In this document: piece by piece, positions 28,860-37,600 of the stretch
How the letters are laid out: each line of letters opens with the position of its first letter
How positions within the stretch are numbered: the first letter of the stretch is position 1
Origin: a virus
DNA length: 64,000 bases
Reading direction: 5' to 3' (one strand)
Virus record (IMG/VR): IMGVR_UViG_3300030329_001630
Span: 7,592 to 71,591 of that record
Notes under the pieces: generated by a model
The model's input: only the letters and a program-made list of their open reading frames with translations
What the model was told of the DNA's origin: nothing
Database searches by the model: none
Program-made: the position numbers and the translations under genes

Positions 28860-28889
28860 GGTATAAAACTTTCTGCCAATGTGGCATAG

Positions 28890-28926
28890 AAAAAAAAGAG
28901 GGGACGGCCAACATGACCGCCCCCTT
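28890..28926 (-). terminator. Rho-independent terminator in the early region
   Basis: AAGGGGGCGGTCA-TGT-TGGCCGTCCCCTC followed by T8. Confidence 0.75.
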
Positions 28927-28946
28927 GGAATTACATTTCAAACAAT

Positions 28947-29372
28947 TCAAGAACCGGGTACAGCCTGAAGCATTCCAAGCGTCCAGTCAATTTTGCTCTT
29001 AGCTCGACCTGTTGTACGCTTGATTACGGGACAACCCTGTCTGCACCAGAGGCATACCTCATGGATTTCTGCATCTCTCTTGACAGACGCAAAATCACGA
29101 CGCGGAGAGCACGCAGAGAAATCACCCAAGTGAGTGACGTACCAAACGACATCCTCCGAACCGTAGGAACCCGATTTTTCGTCGTAGTCTTTTTGGTCAA
29201 TGTCCCTTTCGATGAAGTACCATTCTTGGCCGTGAAGGCCACTCTGAAAGAAGTACTTTTCGCGTCCATCCAACCCAGCCCTAATGCTGAAAAGGATTTC
29301 ATTTTTGTAAAGCCATTCGTATTCCAACTTATGCATGTGCATATTCCTTGTAAGAGTCAAAGATAGGGTCAT
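28947..29372 (-). CDS. Hypothetical early protein
   Basis: ORF track. The true start is probably MHMHKL near 29342 (AAGGA RBS). Confidence 0.55.
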   Translation of the reverse strand: MTLSLTLTRNMHMHKLEYEWLYKNEILFSIRAGLDGREKYFFQSGLHGQEWYFIERDIDQKDYDEKSGSYGSEDVVWYVTHLGDFSACSPRRDFASVKRDAEIHEVCLWCRQGCPVIKRTTGRAKSKIDWTLGMLQAVPGS

Positions 29373-29583
29373 CCCTGAACTTCAGGTTAGTTCCCCAAAA
29401 GCGGTACACCGTTATAGAGTACCTAGTAAGATTCCGAAGAAAGTCTTTTTCTTTACTAAGTTTATCACACAGTTCCTTAGCGTGTCTAAGTGCGTCCTCC
29501 TTTTTGTCGAAGTGCCACCTTGCGATAAAAGTAGCACACTCTGAAGTATGGTCATGTACGTAGATACGAAACTCTTCAGTCAT
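29329..29583 (-). CDS. Hypothetical early protein
   Basis: ATGA-coupled ORF with GAGGA RBS. Confidence 0.55.
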   Translation of the reverse strand: MTEEFRIYVHDHTSECATFIARWHFDKKEDALRHAKELCDKLSKEKDFLRNLTRYSITVYRFWGTNLKFRDDPIFDSYKEYAHA

Positions 29584-29843
29584 TCGTCATCCTCAGGTTC
29601 ATGGTTTTTTACAAATGTTTCTACAGTTTCTTTAGTCAAGCCGGGGATACTAGACCTAAAGTAATTCTGCGCGACGGCAATAATATCACAATGAAAGCTA
29701 TCGTAAAGTTCTGTCAGCAGGTCATCGAGATCCTCGATACCCTCAAGCTTATCACCGTAGTCTTCACGAAGAAGATCAGTAAGAGCATCTTCAAGTTCTT
29801 GTTCGAGACAAATATTCATCGGTTCAGTTTCCTTACCGTTCAA
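29580..29843 (-). CDS. Hypothetical acidic early protein
   Basis: Very Asp/Glu-rich helical ORF. Confidence 0.55.
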   Translation of the reverse strand: MNGKETEPMNICLEQELEDALTDLLREDYGDKLEGIEDLDDLLTELYDSFHCDIIAVAQNYFRSSIPGLTKETVETFVKNHEPEDDE

Positions 29844-30067
29844 AGATATGGAGCAATACGCTCAAAAGATTTAAGATCCACTACGTCGTGGTCTCTCCAC
29901 AAGTCATCCAGATTCAAGGTGATCAAACTACAAGTGATCTTTGCTTCGGGCCGCCGACGCTGCTCTTGAGCAAGCCACTTGTGTTTTTGTTTGTTGATCT
30001 CACGAATTCTCTTCTTGATTTCTTCCCCGTCTCTTACTTCAATATTTTTCCTAGAACTAGCCATCAA
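29840..30067 (-). CDS. Hypothetical early protein
   Basis: ORF overlapping its neighbours. Confidence 0.5.
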   Translation of the reverse strand: MMASSRKNIEVRDGEEIKKRIREINKQKHKWLAQEQRRRPEAKITCSLITLNLDDLWRDHDVVDLKSFERIAPYL

Positions 30068-30407
30068 TCAAATCCCTTTCGTAATCTTCGGCTTCCATTC
30101 GTGATTGTTCCCAATCACTTACCATATTACAACAATAATCCACAACAAAATCAGTAACCACCTTGAGGCACCAGCTACTATAGCCAAGCTCCAAGGGAGA
30201 AGGAAACGGATTGTACTCATCGTGGTACGAGTGACGGAGACTATAGCAAACAGAATCTCCGTACTTGTTCATAACTTCTACTGCCAAACCAATCGTGATC
30301 ATCCCCGTAAGTTGTGACTCTTTGGCTATGTCAGCAATCTTCCAAATGTCCCAGTCATTCTTTTTGGTGATGAAATTAATAGCTTCACGGGCTTCGTCAA
30401 TATCCAT
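30057..30407 (-). CDS. Hypothetical early protein
   Basis: 116-aa ORF with GAAAGGA RBS. Confidence 0.6.
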   Translation of the reverse strand: MDIDEAREAINFITKKNDWDIWKIADIAKESQLTGMITIGLAVEVMNKYGDSVCYSLRHSYHDEYNPFPSPLELGYSSWCLKVVTDFVVDYCCNMVSDWEQSRMEAEDYERDLIDG

Positions 30408-30421
30408 TGGTCAAGTTCCTT

Positions 30422-30796
30422 TCAACAATCGTGTCTATTTTCGTCGGGGACAATCGCAAGCTTCCCGCCAATATTAGTGTCTTGGATGAGGTTCACATGG
30501 ATCATCCAAAGACGGAAAATGTTCGGCTTCCAGTTGATGAGATTGGGAACACTTCCCTGCGCGTGCTCACCCGGCGAGTCACCCCACCGAGCAGTGTACT
30601 CCCAGTTCTCGGGGTTACGCCACCCATAATATTCGTCGAACTGCCCTACCGTGTAAAAGTAAAGATCGTGCAAACGATCAGGGAACTCAGGGTCGAAGCT
30701 CACTCGACCAACAAAATGCTCTTCATACTCCGGCCACTCAGGACCGCCGTCAGGGTGTCCAAGAGGTTTGAACTGAGGGGATTTATCAAAACTCAT
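30422..30796 (-). CDS. Hypothetical early protein
   Basis: 124-aa ORF with AAAGGAG RBS. Confidence 0.6.
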   Translation of the reverse strand: MSFDKSPQFKPLGHPDGGPEWPEYEEHFVGRVSFDPEFPDRLHDLYFYTVGQFDEYYGWRNPENWEYTARWGDSPGEHAQGSVPNLINWKPNIFRLWMIHVNLIQDTNIGGKLAIVPDENRHDC

Positions 30797-30858
30797 CGAT
30801 CAAGTCTCCTTTCTAAAGTGAAAGGGCAGTTTATACTGATGCCCAGCAGTAGAATCAA

Positions 30859-31278
30859 TTAGTCACGGTTCTTCGCCTGCGAGGCAAAGTGCCTGAATTC
30901 TCCCTTTTCCAGAATTCGCCTTTCGGCGTAAGCCGCACCGAGATCGAAAATGGTCGAGTAGTGGGCATCGTCAGCCTCCTCAATTTCAGCACGAATGTCA
31001 GCCTGACGAACCCGAAGTGGCTGACCAAACTCTGCTGCGCGAGTCAGGTCACGGAGAACCTTTGCGGGCATCTGGACAGTGACCGTATCGTAGTCGGGAA
31101 CATCCTTAGTGATTTCACGCCAGTGGTTGCAGTTCTCGATGGCGAGCTTGAGGTATTCACGCTCGAAGATCAGGGCGTGAAAGCGTTCACGCGCTTCCCT
31201 CTGCTTTTCGTGGAGGCAATCGATCCGATCTTCAAAGGGATCGGCATTGGGATCAGAGAGATCAATCTTATCAGACAT
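30859..31278 (-). CDS. Hypothetical early coiled-coil protein
   Basis: 139-aa ORF with GAAAGGA RBS and GC-rich codon usage. Confidence 0.65.
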   Translation of the reverse strand: MSDKIDLSDPNADPFEDRIDCLHEKQREARERFHALIFEREYLKLAIENCNHWREITKDVPDYDTVTVQMPAKVLRDLTRAAEFGQPLRVRQADIRAEIEEADDAHYSTIFDLGAAYAERRILEKGEFRHFASQAKNRD

Positions 31279-31308
31279 GTTGTTTCCTTTCGAGAAACAG
31301 GGTTGGGT

Positions 31309-31578
31309 TTAGTTGGAGAGACGAGTCTCAATTTCGTGCATTTGCATCTTTTGAAGAAGCAAAGCAAACTCCTCGCCAGAAAGGTCATCTCGAAGGTCGA
31401 ACAGATCTACGCCGCTGACGAAGTCCGGTTCCAAGGGGAAGTTGCGATTCTTTACCGAACCGTGAAAAATGACCTCAGCACCGTTGACCTGCTGGATCTT
31501 GGCAGAGTACCAGTCACCAACGGGAGCTTTGAGCATACGACGAACGACGTTGAGGGCAGGAGTGTCACACTTTTGCAT
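31309..31578 (-). CDS. Hypothetical early protein
   Basis: Probable start MQKCDT at 31578 with GAAAGG RBS. Confidence 0.55.
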   Translation of the reverse strand: MQKCDTPALNVVRRMLKAPVGDWYSAKIQQVNGAEVIFHGSVKNRNFPLEPDFVSGVDLFDLRDDLSGEEFALLLQKMQMHEIETRLSN

Positions 31579-31878
31579 TGTTGTTGCCTTTCGTGAAAGA
31601 AATAAGCAGGGGCCACCATACGAACAGGTGTACCCAGAAATGCCGTGAGAGGGCCGGAGAGGCCGCCTGACGGACGAGAAGAACAAACAAGGGGGAACTG
31701 CCCGAGTCCGGGCGGGGGCCGCAGTCGGGATTCTACGGCTTCTGAGGGGTAGTTGTGCTTAAGGGGGAGGTGCCGAGTCCGTGGCTGCCCACGCGGAGGG
31801 CCTGTGATAGTGGAAGGAGGCGGACGGGGCTTGTACCACGGGGGTTGTAGCACGGGGAGGGGTGATGAGGTGATCATT

Positions 31879-32529
31879 TTAGGCCGTCACGTCAACAATG
31901 TTGTTGAGAGGGGTGTGATTGTGCTCATTTGCGGCTCGGTAGTCGCTCTCGAAGCGATTCAGAGCGAATCCCTTACCCCGAGCGGCGCAAAGAGTGGTGT
32001 GAGTACCGAACGGCTGCATCCCGTTGTCGGGCGTGTACGTGACACGCAGGGATCCGATCTCGAACCAAGCCGTGACCTTCAGGACACGCGCCTTCTCGCT
32101 CTTGGCGTAGAAGCAGGAACGAGCATGACACGGCAGAGCCTCACCATCAGCGAGGGTCCAGTTCTGGATCGATGTCGTGCCGTCAGCGAAGAAGATCTTC
32201 ACCTTCGACTTCAGACGCGAGTGGCTCTCCGCGTTGTTGACCGTCACGACCGTACCATCCGAGTGGGTGATAGTGGAGATGTCGCCATTGTAGTTGATCA
32301 CGCTGTCACGGGTCTCCGCGTTGGGTCGGAAGAAAGCCTCCAGCATGTCAGCCTCGTACTTGAGGTCGGACATGGTGTGGAACGAGATCAGATCATCGCC
32401 CCTCTTGTGGTAGGCGAAGCACTCCTTCTCCTCCGAGCGGAACTGCTTGCCCCTCTCGTACTTGATGAAGTCTCCGTTGGGAGTCGAGACGCTGAACGAA
32501 ATGGCTGACGATTTGAGACCAATATGCAT
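31879..32529 (-). CDS. Hypothetical early protein
   Basis: 216-aa ORF with GAAAGGAG RBS and GC-rich codons. Confidence 0.65.
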   Translation of the reverse strand: MHIGLKSSAISFSVSTPNGDFIKYERGKQFRSEEKECFAYHKRGDDLISFHTMSDLKYEADMLEAFFRPNAETRDSVINYNGDISTITHSDGTVVTVNNAESHSRLKSKVKIFFADGTTSIQNWTLADGEALPCHARSCFYAKSEKARVLKVTAWFEIGSLRVTYTPDNGMQPFGTHTTLCAARGKGFALNRFESDYRAANEHNHTPLNNIVDVTA

Positions 32530-32838
32530 TGGTGTGCTCCTTTCAAGAGCATGATAGAAAAAGGCTGCCTACGCGGATTCGTTGGCAACCGATGAAGGTG
32601 AAACGCTGCCTACGCGGAGGCTACCTCCGAGGACAGACTGATGATAGTGGATCAGACTCCTCCGAAGAGGGCTGATCGATCCTTGGAACCGGGTGAAGGC
32701 CGCATCCTTGCTTGAGATCATCCGTGATCTCCCTACGCTAGAGGCTCATCTCCTTACAGCATTGCGATGAATGCTAATAGTGTGAAAAAAGGAATCCATT
32801 CAAACGGGTTGATGCGCTCTTCCATGAGGCACCTCCTT

Positions 32839-32872
32839 AAAAAAAGCAATGCCCTCGTTGGAGGGCACGCTT
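32839..32872 (-). terminator. Rho-independent terminator
   Basis: AAGCGTGCCCTC-CAAC-GAGGGCATTGC followed by a T-run. Confidence 0.7.
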
Positions 32873-32878
32873 CATGAC

Positions 32879-33082
32879 TCACCAGACAGGAGGGATTTCC
32901 TCCTCCTCAGTCAAGCAAGTAGCAAACGTTTCATCCAACTGCTTGTTGAGAGTGGCACGGAAGTTCTCACAGTCTTCTACAGTGAGCTTCTTTTTTCTTG
33001 CCTTCTGCTTGAGAAGCTCCGTAAGAAGAGAAAACTTCCGAGAGAACAACTCAATAGCGTTGATGGTTTTCATGTCAATCAT
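32879..33082 (-). CDS. Hypothetical early protein
   Basis: Start MIDMK at 33082 with GAAGGA RBS. Confidence 0.55.
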   Translation of the reverse strand: MIDMKTINAIELFSRKFSLLTELLKQKARKKKLTVEDCENFRATLNKQLDETFATCLTEEEEIPPVW

Positions 33083-33347
33083 CTGAGTTTCCTTCATTTA
33101 TCGAACTTTCAAGAACGTAGTAAAGAACAGCCATACTAAACGCAGTGAAACCAAAGCAGGTAAGATATCCAATCATCGGTCGTTGTATCCAATGAACAGA
33201 GGTGCGAAAGCCATAACGGCACAAACAACAATCAACAGCGTCAACATGATGCAAGCATACATGATGTGCTCCTTCCAGAGCGAGGTGATAGTGGAAAGAC
33301 AAAACAAGCCGTCATCCCCGGTAGGGGATGGGCTTGTGCGTGTGCGA

Positions 33348-33773
33348 TTAACGGGTAGGTACTGCGCGATCACCCGCGTACGAATCGGTGCTGAAACGAC
33401 CGTGGCTGGTGACTGAGGCGAGATCGGAGAACGCCTTCTTAAGCTCCAAGTTGATCTTATCGATGTTAGCACCGGCTTCTTCGATTCTCTCGGTAAAGAC
33501 CTGAAACATCTTGTCGTACTGATAGTCTTCCTTCGTCCACTTCATGTATTCATTGCCTTCCCTCTCGGCAGTGTCAGTGTCGCCCGCATCAAGAGCCGCG
33601 TACATCGCGCGGCCGTGAGTCTTAAGGCCCTCTGAGATCGCGGGCTTGGAGGTCGTGTGAGTCTTACGCTGTTCCACGAACACATCAAAAGCGGCCTCGC
33701 ACTCAGCCTTGCGGGACTGAAGAGAAACGATGAGTTCGAGAACAGCACGGAGAGTGAGGGTAACATTAGACAT
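33348..33773 (-). CDS. Hypothetical helical protein, probably the first early gene
   Basis: 141-aa ORF with GAAAGGA RBS, immediately after the putative genome end. Confidence 0.65.
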   Translation of the reverse strand: MSNVTLTLRAVLELIVSLQSRKAECEAAFDVFVEQRKTHTTSKPAISEGLKTHGRAMYAALDAGDTDTAEREGNEYMKWTKEDYQYDKMFQVFTERIEEAGANIDKINLELKKAFSDLASVTSHGRFSTDSYAGDRAVPTR

Positions 33774-33789
33774 GGTGTGATCCTTTCAG

Positions 33790-33860
33790 ATCGGGGGGTA
33801 CGGGGGGAAAGAGGATACGTTTCCTCTTATCTCCCCCTCTGTAAATTTCCGACCCCCTAA
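33790..33860. other. Probable junction of the physical genome ends (terminal-repeat region)
   Basis: G/C homopolymer-rich tract (minus strand GGGGGTCGGAAATTTACAGAGGGGG...CCCCCCGTACCCCCC) with an internal hairpin. It marks the switch from late genes to GC-rich small early genes. Confidence 0.45.
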
Positions 33861-34351
33861 TCGATTTTCCACCCACCTAACACAAGGGAAAGGTCGGTTC
33901 CACCGACTGTATTATCACCATCAAGATCCCAAACAGAGTTTTCCTTACCCCAGTCATTCAAGAGATCACTTAAGTCATCAGCAGTAAACTCTGTTTTAAT
34001 AATATAAAATATAAAATACCGGGGGCACTGCGTAGGGTTATCCTGCAAGTCAGTGCGGTTCCGCTCCCAGCTAACGAAGAGATGATCGTCAAAGATCTGT
34101 ACTTCATCAAACGAAAGCATGGGTTGGCCCGGATCTGAAGAGATCCAAGGACCGGCCAAGCGGCCCGGTACAAGATCAAAAGTGTAGTTTATACAAGCAG
34201 TTGTATTCTCGTCCCAATGCAATCGGGCCTCACCCTTGTACACAGTACGTGGACCTTCTTCGTAAACTTCATAATATATTTCTGAATTATCATCCCAAGA
34301 ATACTCAGAAAAGAACAACGGGAGCGTAGCCAGAACAAGGTACTTAATCAC
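33857..34351 (-). CDS. Putative secreted protein with a C-terminal dockerin/EF-hand-like module (Phycisphaerae-type)
   Basis: GTG start at 34351 with AGGAG RBS and hydrophobic N-terminus. C-terminus ADDLSDLLNDWG...WDLDGDNTVGGTDLSLVLGGW. Confidence 0.65.
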   Translation of the reverse strand: MIKYLVLATLPLFFSEYSWDDNSEIYYEVYEEGPRTVYKGEARLHWDENTTACINYTFDLVPGRLAGPWISSDPGQPMLSFDEVQIFDDHLFVSWERNRTDLQDNPTQCPRYFIFYIIKTEFTADDLSDLLNDWGKENSVWDLDGDNTVGGTDLSLVLGGWKID

Positions 34352-34387
34352 GATAGACTCCTGACAGCGGTCCAAGCCGCAGTAAAA

Positions 34388-34594
34388 TTACATTTTAATA
34401 TTTTTAACAATAGAGTATTGTTTATCATCGAGTTTCTGAAGGCGGGATGTACAATCCCTGATACGCCTGTCGTGTGCTTCAATCTGTTTTTCATGGAGGC
34501 TCACCTTAGAGGTTAACCTCCAGATCAGCCCGAAGATGCCCAGTAGAGCGGGTCCAGCGATGCTGATTGCAATAGTAATAATGATCTCTTCCAT
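34388..34594 (-). CDS. Small membrane protein (N-terminal TM helix plus coiled coil)
   Basis: MEEIIITIAISIAGPALLGIFGLIW followed by a heptad-like tail. Confidence 0.6.
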   Translation of the reverse strand: MEEIIITIAISIAGPALLGIFGLIWRLTSKVSLHEKQIEAHDRRIRDCTSRLQKLDDKQYSIVKNIKM

Positions 34595-34692
34595 AGTAAT
34601 CCCCCCGGTTATCTATAGTGATCCCTAATAATAAAATAACTAATAATATATGTAGTGAGTAACCTTTAGTTACAATACACTGGGTTTTTAAT

Positions 34693-37600
34693 TTACTCCG
34701 TTTGTTTCTGGATTATATTAAGAACATCTAAAGTCTGCCTTAAGGCTTCTCTAGATGCTGTCCCTTGCTTAATGACCCCTATAGCATCTACGATGTCTTG
34801 AGGCTGTTCCGTCTTTATGTCGGGCTGTACTGCCTGTGTCTTAGGAATAAGAGGACTAATACCCGTACCAGTATTTTTGGTGGGATCAGAGACAGGAACA
34901 GGGGTTCTACCTGAGGGATCCATGATACCAATGGGGTGCTCCCATGCTGATAATGCATCGATCTGTCTAAACCCTGCCTGAAGAAGCCATCCCCAAGGGA
35001 TAGGCATCCTATGCATCGAGTTGGCAGCACCTTCAGTAATGTTACCTTCAGACATGTCCTTGATTCCTCCCATGATTCGGGGGATAGTCTGAAGAAGACC
35101 ATTGATCTGCATGATACCAGCCGAGTTAAACGGAGTAGTATTCACAGCCCTATCTCCTCGTAACATCTGTAAGAAGAACGCAGCAGCCATCTGGTTGGCT
35201 CCCAAGAAGGGAACTGCCATAAGAGCTTCCTGAATTTCTGTCCAAGGATCTTTCTTGATTTCAGCAATCATGTCATCAATATTTTTATGGGTCTGCAATT
35301 GAACTAACTTATAGTATAACCATCCGGTTAAGGTATGAGCCAGAACCGTATTTGCCAGAACAAGAGGGCCAGCTAAACCTGCTCTTCTGATTCCGTGGAA
35401 AGTAGAAGAGGAATAGGTAATAAGCCTAGACAAGAGGGTAGCTAAAATACCACCAGATTTAGTACCCACTGGGGCATTAGAGAGTACGGGCTGTTTAGCG
35501 TACTTGACAGCAGCATTAAATGCTAGTTCTCTTACGGCGTTTACTGTTTGGAACTGCTTTGCCCTAATAACAGCCGGGTTAATTTCCTTCCCGTCTGCGT
35601 CAAGAACTTTTTCGGGCAAACCGAACGTAATGTTCTTTCTGAGTTCATCGAAGGGAATCCCAGTCTTTCGGATAACGTCATAGTTATCAACAAAAAGCTT
35701 TTCAAAGAATGGGAACAGTTCTTCGCTGAATAAACCAACCTTAATCATCTCCATAACATCCATAGACGTAAGAGCATCTACTTTCATCTTTTTAAGCTCT
35801 TGTCTGACAATACGGGGAGAAAGATTTACAAAGTCGCCCCCAGAAGCCTCGATAAGCCTGCTTCTGATTTCAGACATACTAGCTTTAATTCTTCTGGTAG
35901 GAACTATTCCTGTTGGGGACTCAGCTTGAATAAAGGTATCTGCGATTCTGTTTACGAACTGCCTTACGCCAATACTTCTAGCTGATGCTGTTTGTTTATC
36001 CATACCGAAAGCTAAAACCCTATACAATTCCTTAATCTTTACGTTGGCTTTAACAGATTCATCAGGTGAAATATCCATCCCAGACCTTTGGATCAAAGTA
36101 GCAGCATGGTGTAAAGCATTCATCGTAAGGAAACCCAAGCCTTCTAAGGTTTGATCCACATCTTTCCTGCTCTTAACTAAAGTAAACGCATCGACCATAT
36201 CACTCTGGAATCCAGTAAGATTATGTTTAAGTGCTGACACCATACTGTGAGGAGTTTCTTCAATAGCAGTAGCAATAGCCAAGCGTGGTGCAATACTAAG
36301 AGCAGTACCAAACTCAGACGCTAAGTTAATGACATGTAAGAACGTATTATCCGTGGGTTTATCGTCTGTTTTAAAAGTACCGATAGAGTAATCATACATT
36401 CTTTCCATGTGCTTTAAGGCACTTGAGAATTTATGGCGTTCGTCTTGTGTGAGAGTACGCATAACAGAATTAGGATCTACTTCAAAGTTCTTATCGTGTA
36501 CTAAGAACTTAATAATTTCTTTTCCGGTAGTTCCAGTTTGAGCGATATCCTGATACATCTTAATAACATCTCTCATACCGAGACCTTTAACCCCAAAGGC
36601 GGGGCCGAACGTTGACTTATCATAAGCCTGCGCTGCAACGCCTCTTCTGATTGATGAAATAAACTGAAGAGGGTCTGTTTCAATAAACATACCAAGTTGG
36701 CGGTTTCTAAGGAAATCTCTAGGCGTTAAGAAGTTATCTCCTATAAAGGAATAACTAGAGGAACCAACTTTAACCATATATTTCCATGCCAGATACTCTG
36801 CTGGGGTAAACTTAGATAAGTTAGCTCCGGCCTTTAACTGAGAGTCTCCATATCTTGTGTTTACTTGCTGAATAAGATCAGTTAATACATTATTCTGATT
36901 AACTTCTTGATCTCCAAAAAGTTCGCCTCTACTTAAAAGATTTCTATATTTAGTTTGAATCTCTTCGGGAAGATCCTTAAATAAGACATTTCCTCTATCT
37001 ACTTCAGATAAGAATTTACCTAATTTGCCATTACCTTTGGCTTGGATAAGCCCTGCTAATACGTTATCTAAGTCATTGATATCAATACCCTCTCCTCTTC
37101 GGGACGGTCTAATAAGGTTATCAGCTAAAGCTATCTGTAAAAGATCGGAATCTACGTATGAATTAGGAGTAGGATCAAGTTTTTCACGAATGATATCAAC
37201 TAATGTGTTTCTGAGTTGCTCTCTTAATATACCCGAATCAGGGGAACTTTCTAAATCTGCGTCATCAAAAACGGCTTTTCTAAACTTAATGGGATAAGCA
37301 CCTTTTTCTAAAAGTTCGTCGCCCATTCGAGGAGAAACCATTCCGCTATCTACCATCTTGCGTACCACGGTTGACCAGAGACCTGTCTTAGGATCAGCCC
37401 ACATTTCCACAATAGGTACAACAAGATTGGCGTACTCATCAAAGTCTTTACCATTGTTTTGTTCGATTAGCTGTTTACCGATAGGTACTTCCTCATATTC
37501 TAACGCCCTTACTCTTTCTTTAAGCCGTGCTGTGATCCCCTCTTTATTGGTATAGTTTAAAGTTAAATCTTGGAAAACAGACTCAAAGAACTCCCAAGGT

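Larger units (their letters stand above)
31784..33295 (-). promoter_or_regulatory. Cluster of repeated cis-elements TCCACTATCA (x4) and TCCGCGTRGGCAGC (x3)
   Basis: TCCACTATCA at 31805-14, 32268-77, 32642-51 and 33286-95 (also 26757-66 and 11249-58). TCCGCGTRGGCAGC at 31784-97, 32564-77 and 32605-18. All are on the coding strand. Confidence 0.5.

Noticed and set aside
30889-32508. Long plus-strand ORFs (235 and 251 aa)
   Set aside because: They are antisense to GC-rich minus-strand genes that have good RBSs, and they show no recognisable motifs.
32595-32650. Possible hammerhead ribozyme (GAAAC ... CTGATGA on the plus strand)
   Set aside because: I could not form stem II or stem III, and there is no correctly placed NUH cleavage triplet. 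The CTGATGA is explained by overlap with the TCCACTATCA motif on the other strand.
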